Below, piece after piece: positions 37,313 through 52,300 of a DNA stretch of 64,000 nt. Both the position numbers and the translations under genes were made by a program. The notes under the pieces are model-generated. The model saw only the letters and a program-made list of their open reading frames with translations. It ran no database searches and had not been told where the DNA came from. The first letter of the stretch is position 1, and the number at the start of each line of letters is the position of its first letter. Source of the DNA: Eledone cirrhosa (Eukaryota); assembly GCA_964016885.1 (NCBI GenBank), contig OZ024740.1, forward strand, positions 217,000,001 to 217,064,000, read 5' to 3'.

Positions 37313-38579
37313 TTTTAAAATTAACCATCAAGAAGTAAATATGAAACATCTACGTAATCTCTTTTCTAAGTAGAAATAGTAGCAAGATATCCCTCAAATA
37401 ACACCTTATTGTCTTATATATCTTTACATGCTAGAAATAGCAGCCAGATCTCCATCAAATCAGTCCTTATTGTCTTCTATATCTTGACATGATAGAAATA
37501 GCAGCTAGATCTCCCTCAAATCACAGTTAACTGTCTTATATATATCTTGACATGCTAGACATAGCAGCTAGATCGCCTTCAGATCACACTTTACTGTCTT
37601 ATATATCTTGACATGCTAGCAATAGCAGCAAGATCTCCCTCAAATCACAGTTTACTGTCTTATATATCTTGACATGCTACAAATAGCAGCTAGATCTCCC
37701 TAAAATCACACTTTACTGTCTTATGTATATTGAAATGCTAGAAATAGCAGCTAGATCTAGCTCAAATCACACCATACTGTCTTATATATCTTGACATACT
37801 AGAAATAGCAGCTAGATCTCCCTCAAATCAAACTTTACTGTCTTATATATCTTGAGTAGCTAGAAACAGCAGCCAGATCTCACACATAGCACATCTTATT
37901 GTCTTATATATATGGAAATGCTAGAATTAGCAGCCAGATCCCCCTCAAATCACACTTTAATGTCTTATATATCTCTAAATGCTAGAAATAGCAGCTAGAT
38001 CTCTGTCAAATCACACTTTACAGTCTTATATAACTTGATATGCTAGAAATAGCAGCCAGATCTCCCTCAAATCACACCTTATTTTCTTATATATCTTGAT
38101 ATGCTAGAAATAGCAGCTAGATCTCCCTCAAACCACACCATAATCTCTTATATATCTTGACTTTCTAGAAATAGCAGCCAGATCTCCTAGAAATCACACT
38201 TTACTGTCTTATATTTCTTGACATGCTAGAAATAGCAGCCAGATCTCCCTCAAATCACAGTTTACTGTCTTATATATCTCGACTTGTTAGAAATATTAGC
38301 CAGATCTCCTTTATATCACACCTTATTATCTTATATATCTTGAAATGCTAGAAATAGCAGCCAGATCTCCCTCAAATCACGCTTTACTGTCTTATATATA
38401 TTGACATGATAGAAATAGCAGCCAGATCTCCCTCATATCACACCTTATTATCTTATATATCCTTACATGCTAGAAACAACAGCTATATCTCCTTCAAATC
38501 ACACCATACTGTCTTATATATCTTGGCATGCTAGAAATAGCAGCTAGATCTCCCTCAAATGACACTTTACTGTCTTATA

Positions 38580-38773
38580 TAATAATAATAATTGTTTCTA
38601 CTTTAGGCACAAGGCCAGCAATTACCCAGTGCATTACTGATACTATATTTTATCGACCCCGTAAGGATGAAGGGCAAAGTCAACCTCGGTGGGATTTGAA
38701 CTCAGATCGTAAAGGGATGTAACTATGCTGGAAAGCATGGCGTCCGACCCTCTACTGATACTGCCAATCCACC
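38580..38773 (-). mobile_element. SINE family B inserted in the satellite, abutting a CR1 tail
   Basis: Reverse complement of the 26394 copy with an (ATT)n tail. Confidence 0.9.
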
Positions 38774-39478
38774 TAATAATAATAATAATAATGAAATATT
38801 GTGTACAGTGCTCAGGTGCATTACAACTCATCAAAGGTGCATGTATAGTACATAGAGTAATGTACAAACGTCAGGAAAATGAACAGTGCATGAGTCATGA
38901 TATACACATGTGTGCATGGAAGGGGTACATCAGGTGTAGTTTTGGTGAATTTCGGAAAGCATGAGGGTTTTAAAGGATGCAGTGTCTCTGCAGCTAACAA
39001 CTGACGCAAGCAGTTTGTTCCATACTTCACAACTCTGAGTGTGAAAAAATGTTTACGAAAGTCATAGGAGCTGTGTTGTTTTCTGATTTTGTAGGCATGT
39101 CCACGTGTGTTAGACACATGGAGATCAAAAAGGAACTCAGGGTTGTTGTTGGCAAGATGGTTAACAATTTTGTGGGTGTTTACCAAGTCCATTGCCAGAC
39201 GTCAGAGCTTCAATGAATCCATGCCCAGGGAAGCAAGGCGTTCAGAGTATGGTAGGTGTCTGATGGAGGGTATGCGCTTGGTTGCTTGTCTCTGAACAGT
39301 TTCCAGGCAGTCAATGTTCTGAGCAAGATAGGGGTTCCAGACTGATGATGCAAATTCCAAGTGTGGTCGTACCATAGCTGTATACAGTTTTAAATAGATG
39401 GCTGGAGAGCGGCTAACAAAGGTCTTGCAGAGTGATGCCAAGACACCCACGGCTTTCTTAACAATCTTAGAGACATGC
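38774..39478 (-). mobile_element. CR1-clade LINE 3' fragment
   Basis: HVSKIVKKAVGVLASL...LYTAMVRPHLEFASSVWNPY...LETVQRQATKRI...NTRGHAYK; contains a stop and a frameshift; (ATT)n tail. Confidence 0.93.
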
Positions 39479-40502
39479 ATCAGTGTTGTGAAGGGAGTAT
39501 GTGGACGCTGGATTTTTCCTCCCAAAATTAATGGTGGTACACTTGTCCACAGCCAGCTTCAGTTGCTAGAAATAGCAGCCAGATCTCCTTCAAATCACAC
39601 TTTACTGTCTTATATATCTCGACTTGCTAGACATAGCAGCTAGATCTCCGTCAAATCACACTTTACTGTCTTATATATCTTGATATGAGAGAAATAGCAG
39701 CCAGATCTCATTCAAATCACACCATACTGTCTTATTTATCTTGACATGCTAGAAATAGCAACTAGATCTCCCTCAAATCACACTTTATTGTCTTCTATAT
39801 CTTGACATTCTAGAAATAGCAGACAGATCTCCCTCATATCACACCTTATTGTCTTATATATGTGGATATGCTAGAAATAGCTGATAGATCTCCCTCATAT
39901 CACACCTTATGGTCTTATATATCTTGACATGCTAGAAATAGCAGCTAGATCTCCCTCATATGACACATTATTGTCATATATCATGATAGCTAGAAATAGT
40001 AGCCAGATCTCCCTCAAATTACACCATACTGTCTTATATATCATGTCATGCTAGAAATAGCAGCTACACCTCCATTAAATCACACTTTATTGTCTTCTAT
40101 ATCTTGACATTCTAGAAATAGCAGACAGATCTCCCTCATATTACACCATACTGTCTTACATATGATGACATGCTAGAAATAGACGCTAGAACTCCCTCAA
40201 ATCACACTTTACTGCATTATATATCTTTACATGCTAGAAATAGCAGCTAGATCTCCCTCAAATCACACTTTACTGTCTTATACAACTTGACATGCTAGAA
40301 ATAGCAGCTAGATCTCCCTCAAATTACACCATACTCTCTTATATATCTTTACATGCTAGAAATAGCAGCTAGATTTCCCTCAGATCACATTTTACTGTCA
40401 TATATCTTGATTGCTAGAAATAGTAGCCAGATCACCCTCAAATTACACAATACTGTCTTATATATCATGACATGTTAGAAATAGCAGCTAGATCTCCCTC
40501 AT

Positions 40503-41012
40503 ATAATAATAATGAAATTATTGTGTAAAGTGCTCAGGTGCACTACAACTCGTCAATATAGTACATAGAATAATACACAAATGCCAGGGAAGTACATGTT
40601 TGTATGTGTTAGCTGTAGTGTTGGCGGATCTCGGGAAGCATGGAGGCCTTAAAGGATGCAGTGTCTCGACAGCTAAGAACTGATGCAGGTAGTTTGTTCC
40701 ATGCTTCAGCAACTCTGAGCGTGAAAAAATGTTTCCGAAAGTCATGGGAACTGTGCTGTTTTCTTACTTTGTGGGCATGTCCACGTGTGTTAGACACATG
40801 GAAATCGAAAAGGCACTCAGGGTTGTTGTTGGCAACATGGTTAACAATTTTGTGGGTGTTTACCAAGTCAGTTGCCAGGCGTCGGAGCTTCAATGAATCC
40901 ATGCCCAGGGAAGCAAGGCGCTCAGAGTTTGGTAGATGCCTGATGGAGGGTATTCGCTTGGTTGCACGTCTCTGAACAGTTTCCAGGCGGTCAATGTCCT
41001 GAGCAAGATAGG
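40503..41012 (-). mobile_element. CR1-clade LINE 3' fragment (young)
   Basis: MDSLKLRRLATDLVNTHKIV...NTRGHAHK...LRVAEAWNKLP; inserted at CTCCCTCATAT|CACACCTTATT of a satellite unit with no obvious TSD. Confidence 0.95.
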
Positions 41013-44000
41013 CACACCTTATTGTCTTATATATCTTGATATGCTAGAAATAGCAGCTAGATCGCCTTCAAATCACACTTTACTGTCTTATATATCTTGA
41101 CTTGCTAGAAATAGCAGCTAGATCCCCTTCAAATCACACCAAACTGTCTTTTTTATCTTGACATGCTAGAAATAGCAGCCAGATCTCCCTCAACTCAGTC
41201 CTTATTGTCTTCTATATCTTTACATGCTAGAAATAGCAGCTAGATATCCTTCAAATATAACTTCATGTCTTGTATATCTTGACATGCTAGAAATAGCTGC
41301 TAGATCTCCCTCAAATCATACTTTAATGTCTTATATAACTTTACATGCTAGAAATAGCAGCTAGACCCACCTCAAATTACACCATACTCTCTCATATATC
41401 TTTACATGCTAGAAATAGCAGCTAGAGCTCCCTCAGATCACACTTTACTGTCATATATCTTGATTGCTAGAAATAGTAGCCAGATCACCCTCAAATTACA
41501 CAATACTGTCTTATATATCATAACATGCTAGAAATAGCAGGTAGATCTCCCTCATATCACACCTTATTGTCTTATAAATCTTGACATGCTAGAAATAGCA
41601 GCTAGATCTCCTTCAAATCACACTTTACTGTCTTATATATCTTGACTTGCTAGAAATAGCAGCTAGATCCCCTACAAATCACACCAGACTGTCTTATTTA
41701 TCTTGACATGCTAGAAATAGCAGCCAGATCTCCCTCAACTCAGTCCTTATTGTCTTCTATATCTTCACATGCTAGAAATAGCAGCTAGATATCCTTCAGA
41801 TATAACTTTATGTCTTATATATCTTGACATGCTAGAAATAGCAGCTAGAACTCCTTCAAATCACACTTTACTGTCTTATATATCTTCACTTGCTAGAAAT
41901 AGCAGCTAGATCTACCTAAAACCACACTTTACTGTCTTATATATCTTAACATGCTAGAAATAGCAGCTAGATCTCCCTCATATGACACCTTATTGTCATA
42001 TATCATGATAGCTAGAAATAGTAGCCAGATCTCCCTCAAATTACACCATACTGTCTTATATATCATGTCATGCTAGAAATAGCAGCTAGACCTCCATTAA
42101 ATCACACTTTATTGTCTTCTATATCTTGACATTCTAGAAATAGCAGACAGATCTCCCTCATATTACACCATACTGTCTTACATATGATGACATGCTAGAA
42201 ATAGACGCTAGAACTCCCTCAAATCACACTTTACCGCCTTATATATCTTTACATGCTAGAATAGCAGCTAGATCTCCCTCAAATCACACTTTACTGTTTT
42301 ATACAACTTGACATGCTAGAAATAGCAGCTAGATCTCCCTCAAATTACACCATACTCTCTTATATATCTTTTCATGCTAGAAATAGCAGCTAGATTTCCC
42401 TCAGATCACATTTTACTGTCATATATCTTGATTGCTAGAAATAGTAGCCAGATCACCCTCAAATTACACAATACTGTCTTATATATCATGACATGCAAGA
42501 AATAGCAGCCAGATCTCCCTCAACTCAGTCCTTATTGTCTTCTATATCTTTACATGCTAGAAATAGCAGCTAGATCTCCTTCAAATCACACCTTACTGTC
42601 TTATATATCTTGACATGCTAGAAATAGCAGCTAGATCTCACTCAAATTACAACATACTGTCTTAAATATGTTGACATGCTAGAAATAGCAGCTAGATCTC
42701 CCTCAGATCACACTTTACTGTCATATATCTTGACATGATAGAAATAGCAGCTAGACGTCCCTCAAATCACGCTTTACTGTCTTTCATATCTTGACATGCT
42801 AGAAATAGCAGCTAGATCTCCCTTGAATCTAACTTTACTGTCTTATATATCTTTACATGCTAGAAACAGCAGCTAGATATCCCTCATATAACACCTTATT
42901 GTCTTGTATATCTTGATATGCTAGAAATAGCAGCTAGATCACCTTCAAATTCCACTTTACTGTCTTATATATCTTAACATGCTGGAAATAGCAGCTAGAT
43001 CTCCCTCAGATCACACTTTACTATCTTATATATCTTGATATGCTAGAAATAGCAGCTAGATCATCTTCAAATTCCACTTTACTGTCTTATATATCTTAAC
43101 ATGCTGGAAATAGCAGCTAGATCTCCCTCAAATCAAACTTTACTTTCTTATTCATCGTGACATGCTATAAACAGCTGTCTTATATATCTCTACATGCTAG
43201 AAACAACAGCCAGATCTCCCTCAAATTACAATTTACTGTCTTATAAATCTTGACATGCTAGAAATAGCAGCTAGATCTCCCTCAAATCACACTTTACTGT
43301 CTTATGTATCTTGAAATGCTAGAAATAGCAGTTAGACTTCTCTCAAATGACACCATACTGTCTTATATATCTTGGCATCTTAGAAATAGCAGCTAGATCT
43401 CCCTCAAATAACGGTTTACTCTCTTATATGTCTTGAAATTCTAGAACTAGCAGCTAGAACTCGCTCGAATTACAACATACCATCTTATATATCTTTACAT
43501 GCTATAAATAGCAGCTACATCTCCCTCAGATCACACTTTACTGTCTTATATATCTTGACATGCTAGAAATAGCAGTTAGATCTACCTCTATTCACACTTT
43601 ACTGTGTAATATCTCTTGAAATGCTAGAAAAAGCAGCTAGCTCTGTATCAAATTACACCATACTCTCTTATATATCTTGACATACTAGAAATAGCAGCTA
43701 CACCTCTCTCAAATCACGCTTTACTGCCTTATATATCTTTACATGTTAGAAATAGCAGCTAAATCTATCTCAAATCACACTTTACTGTCTTATATATCTT
43801 AATATGCTAGAAATAGCAGCTAGATCTTCCTCATATCACACCTTATTGTCATATATCATGATTGCTAGAAATAGTAGCCAGATCTCCCTCAAATTACACA
43901 ATACTGTCTTATATATGATGACATGCTAGAAATAGCAGCTAGATCTCCCTCAAATTATACCTTACCATCTTATATATCTTGACATGCTAGAAATAGCAGC

Positions 44001-47000
44001 TAGATCTCCCTTAAATCACACTTTACTGTCTTATGTATCTTGAAATGCTAGAAATAGCAGTTAGACTTCTCTCAAATGACACCATACTGTCTTATATATC
44101 TTGGCATCTTAGAAATAGCAGCTAGATCTCCCTCAAATAACAGTTTACTCTCTTATATATTTTGACATTCTAGAACTAGCAGCTAGATCTCCCTCAAATT
44201 ATAACATACATCTTATATATCTTTACATGCTAGAAATAGCAGCTGGATCTGTATCAAATTACACTTTACAGTCTTATATATCTCGACATGCTAGAAATAG
44301 CAGCCACATGTCCCTCATATCAGAGCTTATTGTCTTCTTTATCTTTACATGCTAGAAATAGCAGCTAGATCTCACTCAAATTACAACATACTGTCTTAAT
44401 TATCTTGACATGCTAGAAATAGCAGCTAGATCTCCCTCAGATCACACTTTACTGTCATATATCTTGACATGATAGAAATAGCAGCTAGACCTCCCTCAAA
44501 TCACACTTTACTGCCTTATATATCTTTACATGCTAGAAATAGCAGCTAGATCTCCATCAAATCACACTTTACTGCCTTATATATCTTTACATGCTAGAAA
44601 TAGCAGCTAGATATCACTCAAATTACACCATACTCTCTTATATATCTTTACATGCTAGAAATAGCTGCTAGATCTCCCTCAGATCACACTTTACTGTCAT
44701 ATATCTTGATTGCCAGAAATAGTAGCCAGATCACTCTCAAATTACACAATACTGTTTTATATATCATGACATGCTAGAAATAGCAGCTAGATCTCCCTCA
44801 TATGTCACACCTTATTGTCTTATTTATCTTGACATGCTAGAAATAGCAGCCAGATCTCACTCAACTCAGTCCTTATTGTCTTCTATATCTTTACATGCTA
44901 GAAATAGCAGCTAGATATCCTTCAAATATAACTTTATGTCTTATATATCTTGACATGCTAGAAATAGCTGCTAGATCTCCCTCAAATCACACTTTACTGT
45001 CTTATATATCTTGACATGCTAGAAATAGCAGCTACATCTCCCTCAAATTACACCATACTCTCTTATATATCTTTACATGTTAGAAATAGCAGCTAGAGCT
45101 CCCTCAGATCACACTTTACTGTCATATATCTTGATTTGATAGAAATATCAGCTAGACCTCCCTCAAATCACACTTTACTGTCTTTCATATCTTGACATGC
45201 TAGAAATAGCAGCTAGATCTCCCTTGAATCTAACTTTACTGTCTTATATATCTTTACATGCTAGAAACAGCAGCTAGATATCCCTCATATAACACCTTAT
45301 TGTCTTATATATCTTGATATGCTAGAAATAGCAGCTAGATCACCTTCAAATTACACTTTACTGTCTTATATATCTTAACATGCTGGAAATAGCAGCTAGA
45401 TCTCCCTCAAATCAAACTTTACTTTCTTATTCATCGTGATGTTCTATAAACAGCTGTCTTATATATCTCTACATGCTAGAAACAACAGCCAGATCTCCCT
45501 CAAGTTACAATTTACAGTCTTATAAATCTTGACATGCTAGAAATAGCAGCTAGATCTCCCTCAAATCACACTTTACTGTCTTATGTATCATGAAATGCTA
45601 GAAATAGCAGTTACAGTTCTCTCAAATGACACCATACTGTCTTATATATCTTGGCATCTTAGAAATAGCAGCTAGATCTCCCTCAAATAACGGTTTACTC
45701 TCTTATATGTCTTGACATTCTAGAACTAGCAGCTAGATCTCGCTCAAATTACAACATACTATCTTATATATCTTCACATGCTATAAATAGCAGCTACATC
45801 TCCCTCAGATCACACTTTACTGTCTTATATATCTTGACATGCTAGAAATAGCAGTTAGATCTACCTCAAATCACACTTTACTGTTTAATATCTCTTGAAA
45901 TGCTAGAAAAAGCAGCTAGCTCTGTATCAAATTGCACCATACTCTCTTATATATCTTGACATACTAGAAATAGCAGCTTCACCTCTCTCAAATCACACTT
46001 TACTGCCTTATATATCTTTACATGTTAGAAATAGCAGCTAAATCTACCTCAAATCACACTTTACTGCCTTATATATCTTAATATGCTAGAAATATCAGCT
46101 AGATCTGCCTCATATCACACCTTATTGTCATATATCATGATTGCTAGAAATAGTAGCCAGATCTCCCTCAAATTACACAATACTGTCTTATATATCATGA
46201 CATGCTTGAAATAGCAGCTAGACGTCCCTCAAATCATACTTTATTGTCTTCTATATCATGACATTCTAGAAATAGCAGACAGATCTCCCTCATATCACAC
46301 CTTATTGTCTTATATATCTTGACATGCTAGAAATAGCAGCTAGATCTCCCTCAGATCACACTTTACTGTCATATATCTTGATTGCTAGAAATAGTTGCCA
46401 GATCACCCTCAAATTACACAATACTGTCTTATATATCATGACATTCTAGAAATAGCAACTAGATCTCTCTTATATCACAGCTTATTAGCTTATGTATCTT
46501 GACATGCTAGAAATAGCAGCAAGATCTCCTTCAAATCACATTATACTGCCTTATATATCTCTACATGCTAGAAATAACAGCCAGATCTCCCTCAGATTAC
46601 ACATTACCGTCTTATACATCTTGACCTGGTTGAAATAATAGCAAGATCCCCCTCCAATTACACCATGCCATCTTATATATCTCGACATGCTAGAAATAGC
46701 AGCCAGATCTCCCTCATATCAGGGCTTATTGTCTTCTATATCTTTACATGCTAGAAATAGCAGCTAGATCTCCTTCAAATATAACTTTGTCTTATATATT
46801 TTACATGCTAGAAATAGCAGCTAGGTCTCCTTCAAATATAACTTTATTGTCTTATATATCTTGACATGCTAGAAATAGCAGCCAGATCTCCCTTAAATTA
46901 CTCCATACTGTCTTATTTATCATGACATGATAGAAATAGCAGCTGTACTCGCCTCAAATCACAATTTACTGTCTTATATATTTTAACATGCTAGAAATAG

Positions 47001-47521
47001 CATCTAGATATTCCTCATATCACACTTTATTATCTTATATTTCTTGACATGCTAGAAATAGCAGCCAGATCTCCCTCAAATCACACTTTACTGTCTTATA
47101 TACCTTGACATGCTAGAAATGACAGCTAGATCTCCTTTAAATTACACCATACAGTCTTATATATCTTGATATGCTAGAAATAGTAGCTAGATCTCCTTTA
47201 AATCACACTTTACTGTCTTATATATCATTACATGCTAGAAATAGCTGCCAGATCTCCCTCCAATTACACTTTACTGGCTTATTAATCTTGACATGTTAGA
47301 AATAGCAGCAAGATCTCCTTGAAATCACACTTTACTGTCTTATATATCTCGACTTGCTAGAAATAGCAGCCAGATCTCCCTCATATCACGCCTTATTGCA
47401 TTATATATATAACTTTACATGCTTGAAATAGCAGCAATATCTCCTTCAAATCACCCTTTACTGTGTTATATATATTTACATGCTAGAAATAGCAGCCATA
47501 TCTCGCTAATATCACACCTTA

Positions 47522-47622
47522 ATCCCGCCGAGATTAACTTTCATCCTTACGGGGTCGATAAAATAATGTACCAGTAATGCACTGGGTAATTGCTGGCCTT
47601 GTGCCAAAAGTAGAGACAATTA
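47522..47622 (+). mobile_element. SINE family B 3' half inserted in the satellite
   Basis: ATCCCGCCGAG...CATCCTTACGGGGTCGATAAAAT...GGCCTTGTGCCAAAAGTAG. Confidence 0.88.
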
Positions 47623-48555
47623 TCTTATATATCTTGACATGCTAGAAATAGCAGCCAGATCTCGCTCAAATCACCTTTCCTGTCTTATAATCTAGCATCT
47701 AGATCTCCCTCTAATTACACCATACTGTCTTATATATGTTGATATGCTAGAAATAGCAGCCAGATCTCCCTCATATCACACCTTATTATCTTATATATCT
47801 TGACATGCTAGAGATAGCAGCCAGATCTCCCTCAAATCACACTTTACTGTCTTATATATCTTGACATGTTAGAAATAGCAGCCAGATCTCCCTCAAATCA
47901 CATCTTATCGTCTTATATATCTTGACATGCTAAAAATAACAGCAAGCTCTACTTCAAATCACACTTTAATGTCTTATATATCTCGACATGCTGGAAATAG
48001 AAGCCAGATCTCCCTCATGTCACACCTTACTGTCTTATGTATCTTGACATGCTAGAAATAGCAGCCATATCTCCCTCATATCACACCTTACTGTCTTATA
48101 TATCTTTATATGCTAGAATCAACAGCTAGATCTTCATATCACACTTTACTGTCTTATATATCTTTACATGCTAGAGATAGCAGCTAGATCTCCTTCAAAT
48201 CACACTTTACTGTCTTTTATATATTTACATGCTAGAAATAGCAGTTAGATCTCCCTCAGATCACACCATACTCTCTTATATATCTTGACATGCTAGATAT
48301 CGCAGCTACACGTCCCTAAAATTACGCCATTCTGTCTTATATATCATGACATGCTAGAAATAGCAGCTAGATCCCCCTCAGATCACACTTTACTGTCTTA
48401 TATATCGTGACATGCTAGAAATAACAGCTAGATCTCCCTCAAATCACACTTTACTGTCTTACAAATCTTGAGATGCTAGCAATAACAGCAAGATCCTCCT
48501 CCAATTACACCATACCATCTCATATATCGCAACATGATAGAAATAGCAGCCTGAT

Positions 48556-49291
48556 CCCCCTCCACAGCACTAATATCAAGAAGTCTTCCTGTGAACGTGA
48601 CCTGGGCATTACGGTCAGCAGCGATTTGCGTTGGACGAGGCACGTCTCTAAAATTGTCAAGAGGGCCGAGGGTGTCTTAGCATCACTCAGCAAGACCTTT
48701 GTCAGCCGCTCTCCAGATATCTATTTAAGGCTGTATACAGCTATGGTGCGACCACACTTAGAATTTGCATCACCAGTCTGGAACCCCTATCTTGCTCAGG
48801 ACATTGACCGCCTGGAAACTGTTCAGAGACGTGCAACCAAGCGAATACCCTCCATCAGGCATCTACCATACTCTGAGCGCCTTGCTTCCCTGGGCATGGA
48901 TTCATTGAAGCTCCGACGCCTGGCAACTGACTTGGTAAACACCCACAAAATTGTTAACCATGTTGCCAACAACAACCCTGAGTGCCTTTTCGATTTCCAT
49001 GTGTCTAACACACGTGGACATGCCCACAAAGTAAGAAAACAGCACAGTTCCCATGACTTTCGGAAACATTTTTTCACACTCAGGGTTGCTGAAGCATGGA
49101 ACAAACTACCTGCATCAGTTCTTAGCTGTCGAGACACTGCATCCTTTAAGGCCTCCATGCTTCCCGAGATCCGCCAACACTACAGCTAACACATACACAC
49201 ATGTACTTCCCTGACATTTGTGTATTATTCTATGTACTATACATACACCTTTGGCGAGTTGTAGTGCACCTGAGCACTTTACACAATAATT

Positions 49292-49330
<39 letters not shown>
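48556..49330 (+). mobile_element. CR1-clade LINE 3' fragment with open ORF2 C-terminus (stop at 49189)
   Basis: CERDLGITVSSDLRW..HV...LYTAMVRPHLEFASPVWNPY...LETVQRRATK...YSERL..L...L..RR...D; (ATT)n tail. The 5' junction shares CCCTCCA microhomology with the satellite. Confidence 0.96.
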
Positions 49331-49333
<3 letters not shown>

Positions 49334-52300
49334 CAGATCTTATTGTCTTTTATATCTTTACATGCTAGAAATAGCAGCTAGATCTCCTTCAAATCACACT
49401 TTACTGTCTTATGTATCTTGATGTGCTAGAAATAGCAGCTAGATCTCCTTCAAATAACATTTTACTGTCTTATATATCTTGACATGCTAGAAATAGCAGC
49501 TAGATCTCCCTCATATCACACCGTATTGTCTTATATATCTTGAAATGCTAGAAATAACAGCCAGATCTCCCTCATATCACACCTTATTGTCTTATATATC
49601 TTGACATGCTAGAAATAGCAGCTAGATCTCCTTCAAATTCCACTTTACTGTCTTATATATCGTGACATGCTATAAACAGCTGTCTTATATATCTCCAAAT
49701 GCTAGAAATAACAGCCAGATCTCCCTCAAATTACTCTTTACAGTCTTATAAATCTTGACATGCTAGAAATAGCAGCTAGATCTCCCTCATATCACACCTT
49801 ATTGTCTTATATATCTTGACATGCTAGAAATAGCAGCTAGATCTACCTCAAATTACACCATAGTGTCTTATATATCTTTGCATGCTAGAAATAGCATCTA
49901 GATATCCCTCAAAACACACTTTATTGTCTTATATATCTTTACATGCTAGAAATAGCAGCTAGCTCTGTATCAAATTACACTTTACAGTCTTATATATCTC
50001 GACATGCTAGAATTAGCAGCCAGATATCCTTCATATCAGAGCTTATTGTCCTCTTTATCTTTACATGCTAGAAATAGCAGCTAGATCACACTTTACTGTC
50101 TTTTATATCTTGACATGCTAGAAATAGCCAGCAGATCTCTCTCAAATCAAACTCTACTATCTTGAAATGCTAGAAATATCAGCCAGATCTCCCTCAAATT
50201 ACCCCATACTGTCTTAATTATCATGACATGTTAGAAATAGTAGCTAAACCTACCTCAAATCACACTTTACTGTCTTTTATATCTTGACATGCCAGAAATA
50301 GCTGCTAGATCTCCCTCGAATCAAACTTTACTGTCTTATATATCTTTACATGCTAGAAATGGCAGCCAGATCTCCCTCCAATTACACTTTACTGGCTTAT
50401 AAATCTTGACATGCTAGAAATAGCAGGAAGATCACCTTGAAATCACACTTTACTGTCTTATATATCTTGACATGCTAGAAATAGCAGCCAGATCTCCCTT
50501 ATATCACACCTTATTGTCTTATATATATTTACATGCTAGAAATAGCAGCCAGATCTACCTCATATAACACCTTATTGTCTTATATATCTTGACATGCTAG
50601 AAATAGCAGCCAGATCTTCAAATCACACTTTACTGTCTTATATAGCTTTAAAAGCTAGAAATAGCAGCCATATCTCCTTAAAATCACATTTTACTGTCTG
50701 ACATATGTCGACGTGCTAGCAATAGCAGCTAGATCTCCATCAAGTCACAGTTTACTGTCTTATATTTCCTGAGATGCCAGAAATAGTAGCCAGATCTCCC
50801 TCAAATCACACTTTACCGTCTTATGTATCTTGAAATGCTAGAAATAGCAGCCAGATCCCTTTCATATTTCACTTTATTGTCTTATATATCTTGACATGCT
50901 AGAAATAGCAGCTAGATCTCCCTCAAATCACACCATACTCGCTTATATATCTTGACATGCTAGAAATAGTAGCCAGATCACCCTCAAATTACACAATACT
51001 GTCTTATATATCATGACATGCTAGAAATAGCAGCTAGATGTCCCTCATATAACAATTTATTGTCTTATATATCTTGACATGCTTGAAATAATAACTAGAT
51101 ATCCCTCATATCATACCTTATGGTCTTATATATCTTGACATGCTAGAAATAGCAGCTAGATCTCATTTAAATCACACTTTATTATCTTATATATCTCGAC
51201 TTGCTAGAAATAACAGCCAGATCTCCCTCATGTAACTATTTATTGTCTTATATATCTTGACATGCTTGAAATAGTAGCTAGATATCCCTCATATCACACC
51301 TTATGATCTTATATATCTTGACATGCTAGAAATAGCAGCTAGAACTCCTTCAAATCACACTTTACTGGATTATATATCTCGACTTGCTAGAAATAGCAGT
51401 TAGATCTACCGCAAACCACACTTTACTGTCTTATATATCTTAACATGCTAGAAATAGCAGCTAGATCTCCCTCATATCACACCTTATTGTCATATATCAT
51501 GATAGCTAGAAATAGTAGCCAGATCTCCCTCAAATTACACCATACTGTCTTATATATCATGTCATGCTAGAAATTGCAGCTAGACCTCCATTAAATCACA
51601 CTTTATTGACTTCTATATCTTGACATTCTAGAAATAGCAGACAGATCTCCCTCATATTACACCATACTGTCTTATATATGATGACATGCTAGAAATAGCA
51701 GCTAGATCTCCCTCAAATCACACCATACTCGCTTATATATCTTGACATGCTAGAAATAGCAGCTAGATCTCCCTCATATCACACTTTACTGTCATATATC
51801 TTGATTGCTAGAAATAGTAGCCAGATCACCCTCAAATTACACAATACTGTCTTATATATCCTGACATGCTAGAAATAGCAGCTAGATCTCCCTCATATAT
51901 CACACCTTATTGTCTTATATATCTTGACATGCTACAAATAACAGCTACATCTCCTTCAAATCACACTTTACTGTCTTATTTATCTTGACTTGCTAGAAAT
52001 AGCAGCTAGATCCCCTTCAAATCACACCAGACTGTCTTCTTTATCTTGACATGCTAGAAATAGCAGCCAGATCTCCCTCAACTCAGTCCTTATTGTCTTC
52101 TATATCTTTACATGCTAGAAATCTCGCTCATATCACACCTTATTGTCTTATATATCTTGACATGCTAGAAATAGCAGCTAGATCTCCTTCAAATTCCACT
52201 TTACTGTCTTATATATCATGACATGCTATAAACAGCTGTCTTATATATCTCCAAATGCTAGAAATAACAGCCAGATCTCCCTCAAATTACTCTTTACAGT

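Noticed and set aside
36720-37349. Gly-rich / Pro-rich ORFs (also 60973-61200 and 62764-63698)
   Set aside because: Low-complexity (CAC)n repeats.
48473-48555. Satellite-CR1 fusion ORF start
   Set aside because: Chance in-frame ATG within a satellite unit upstream of a 5'-truncated CR1; no evidence of expression.
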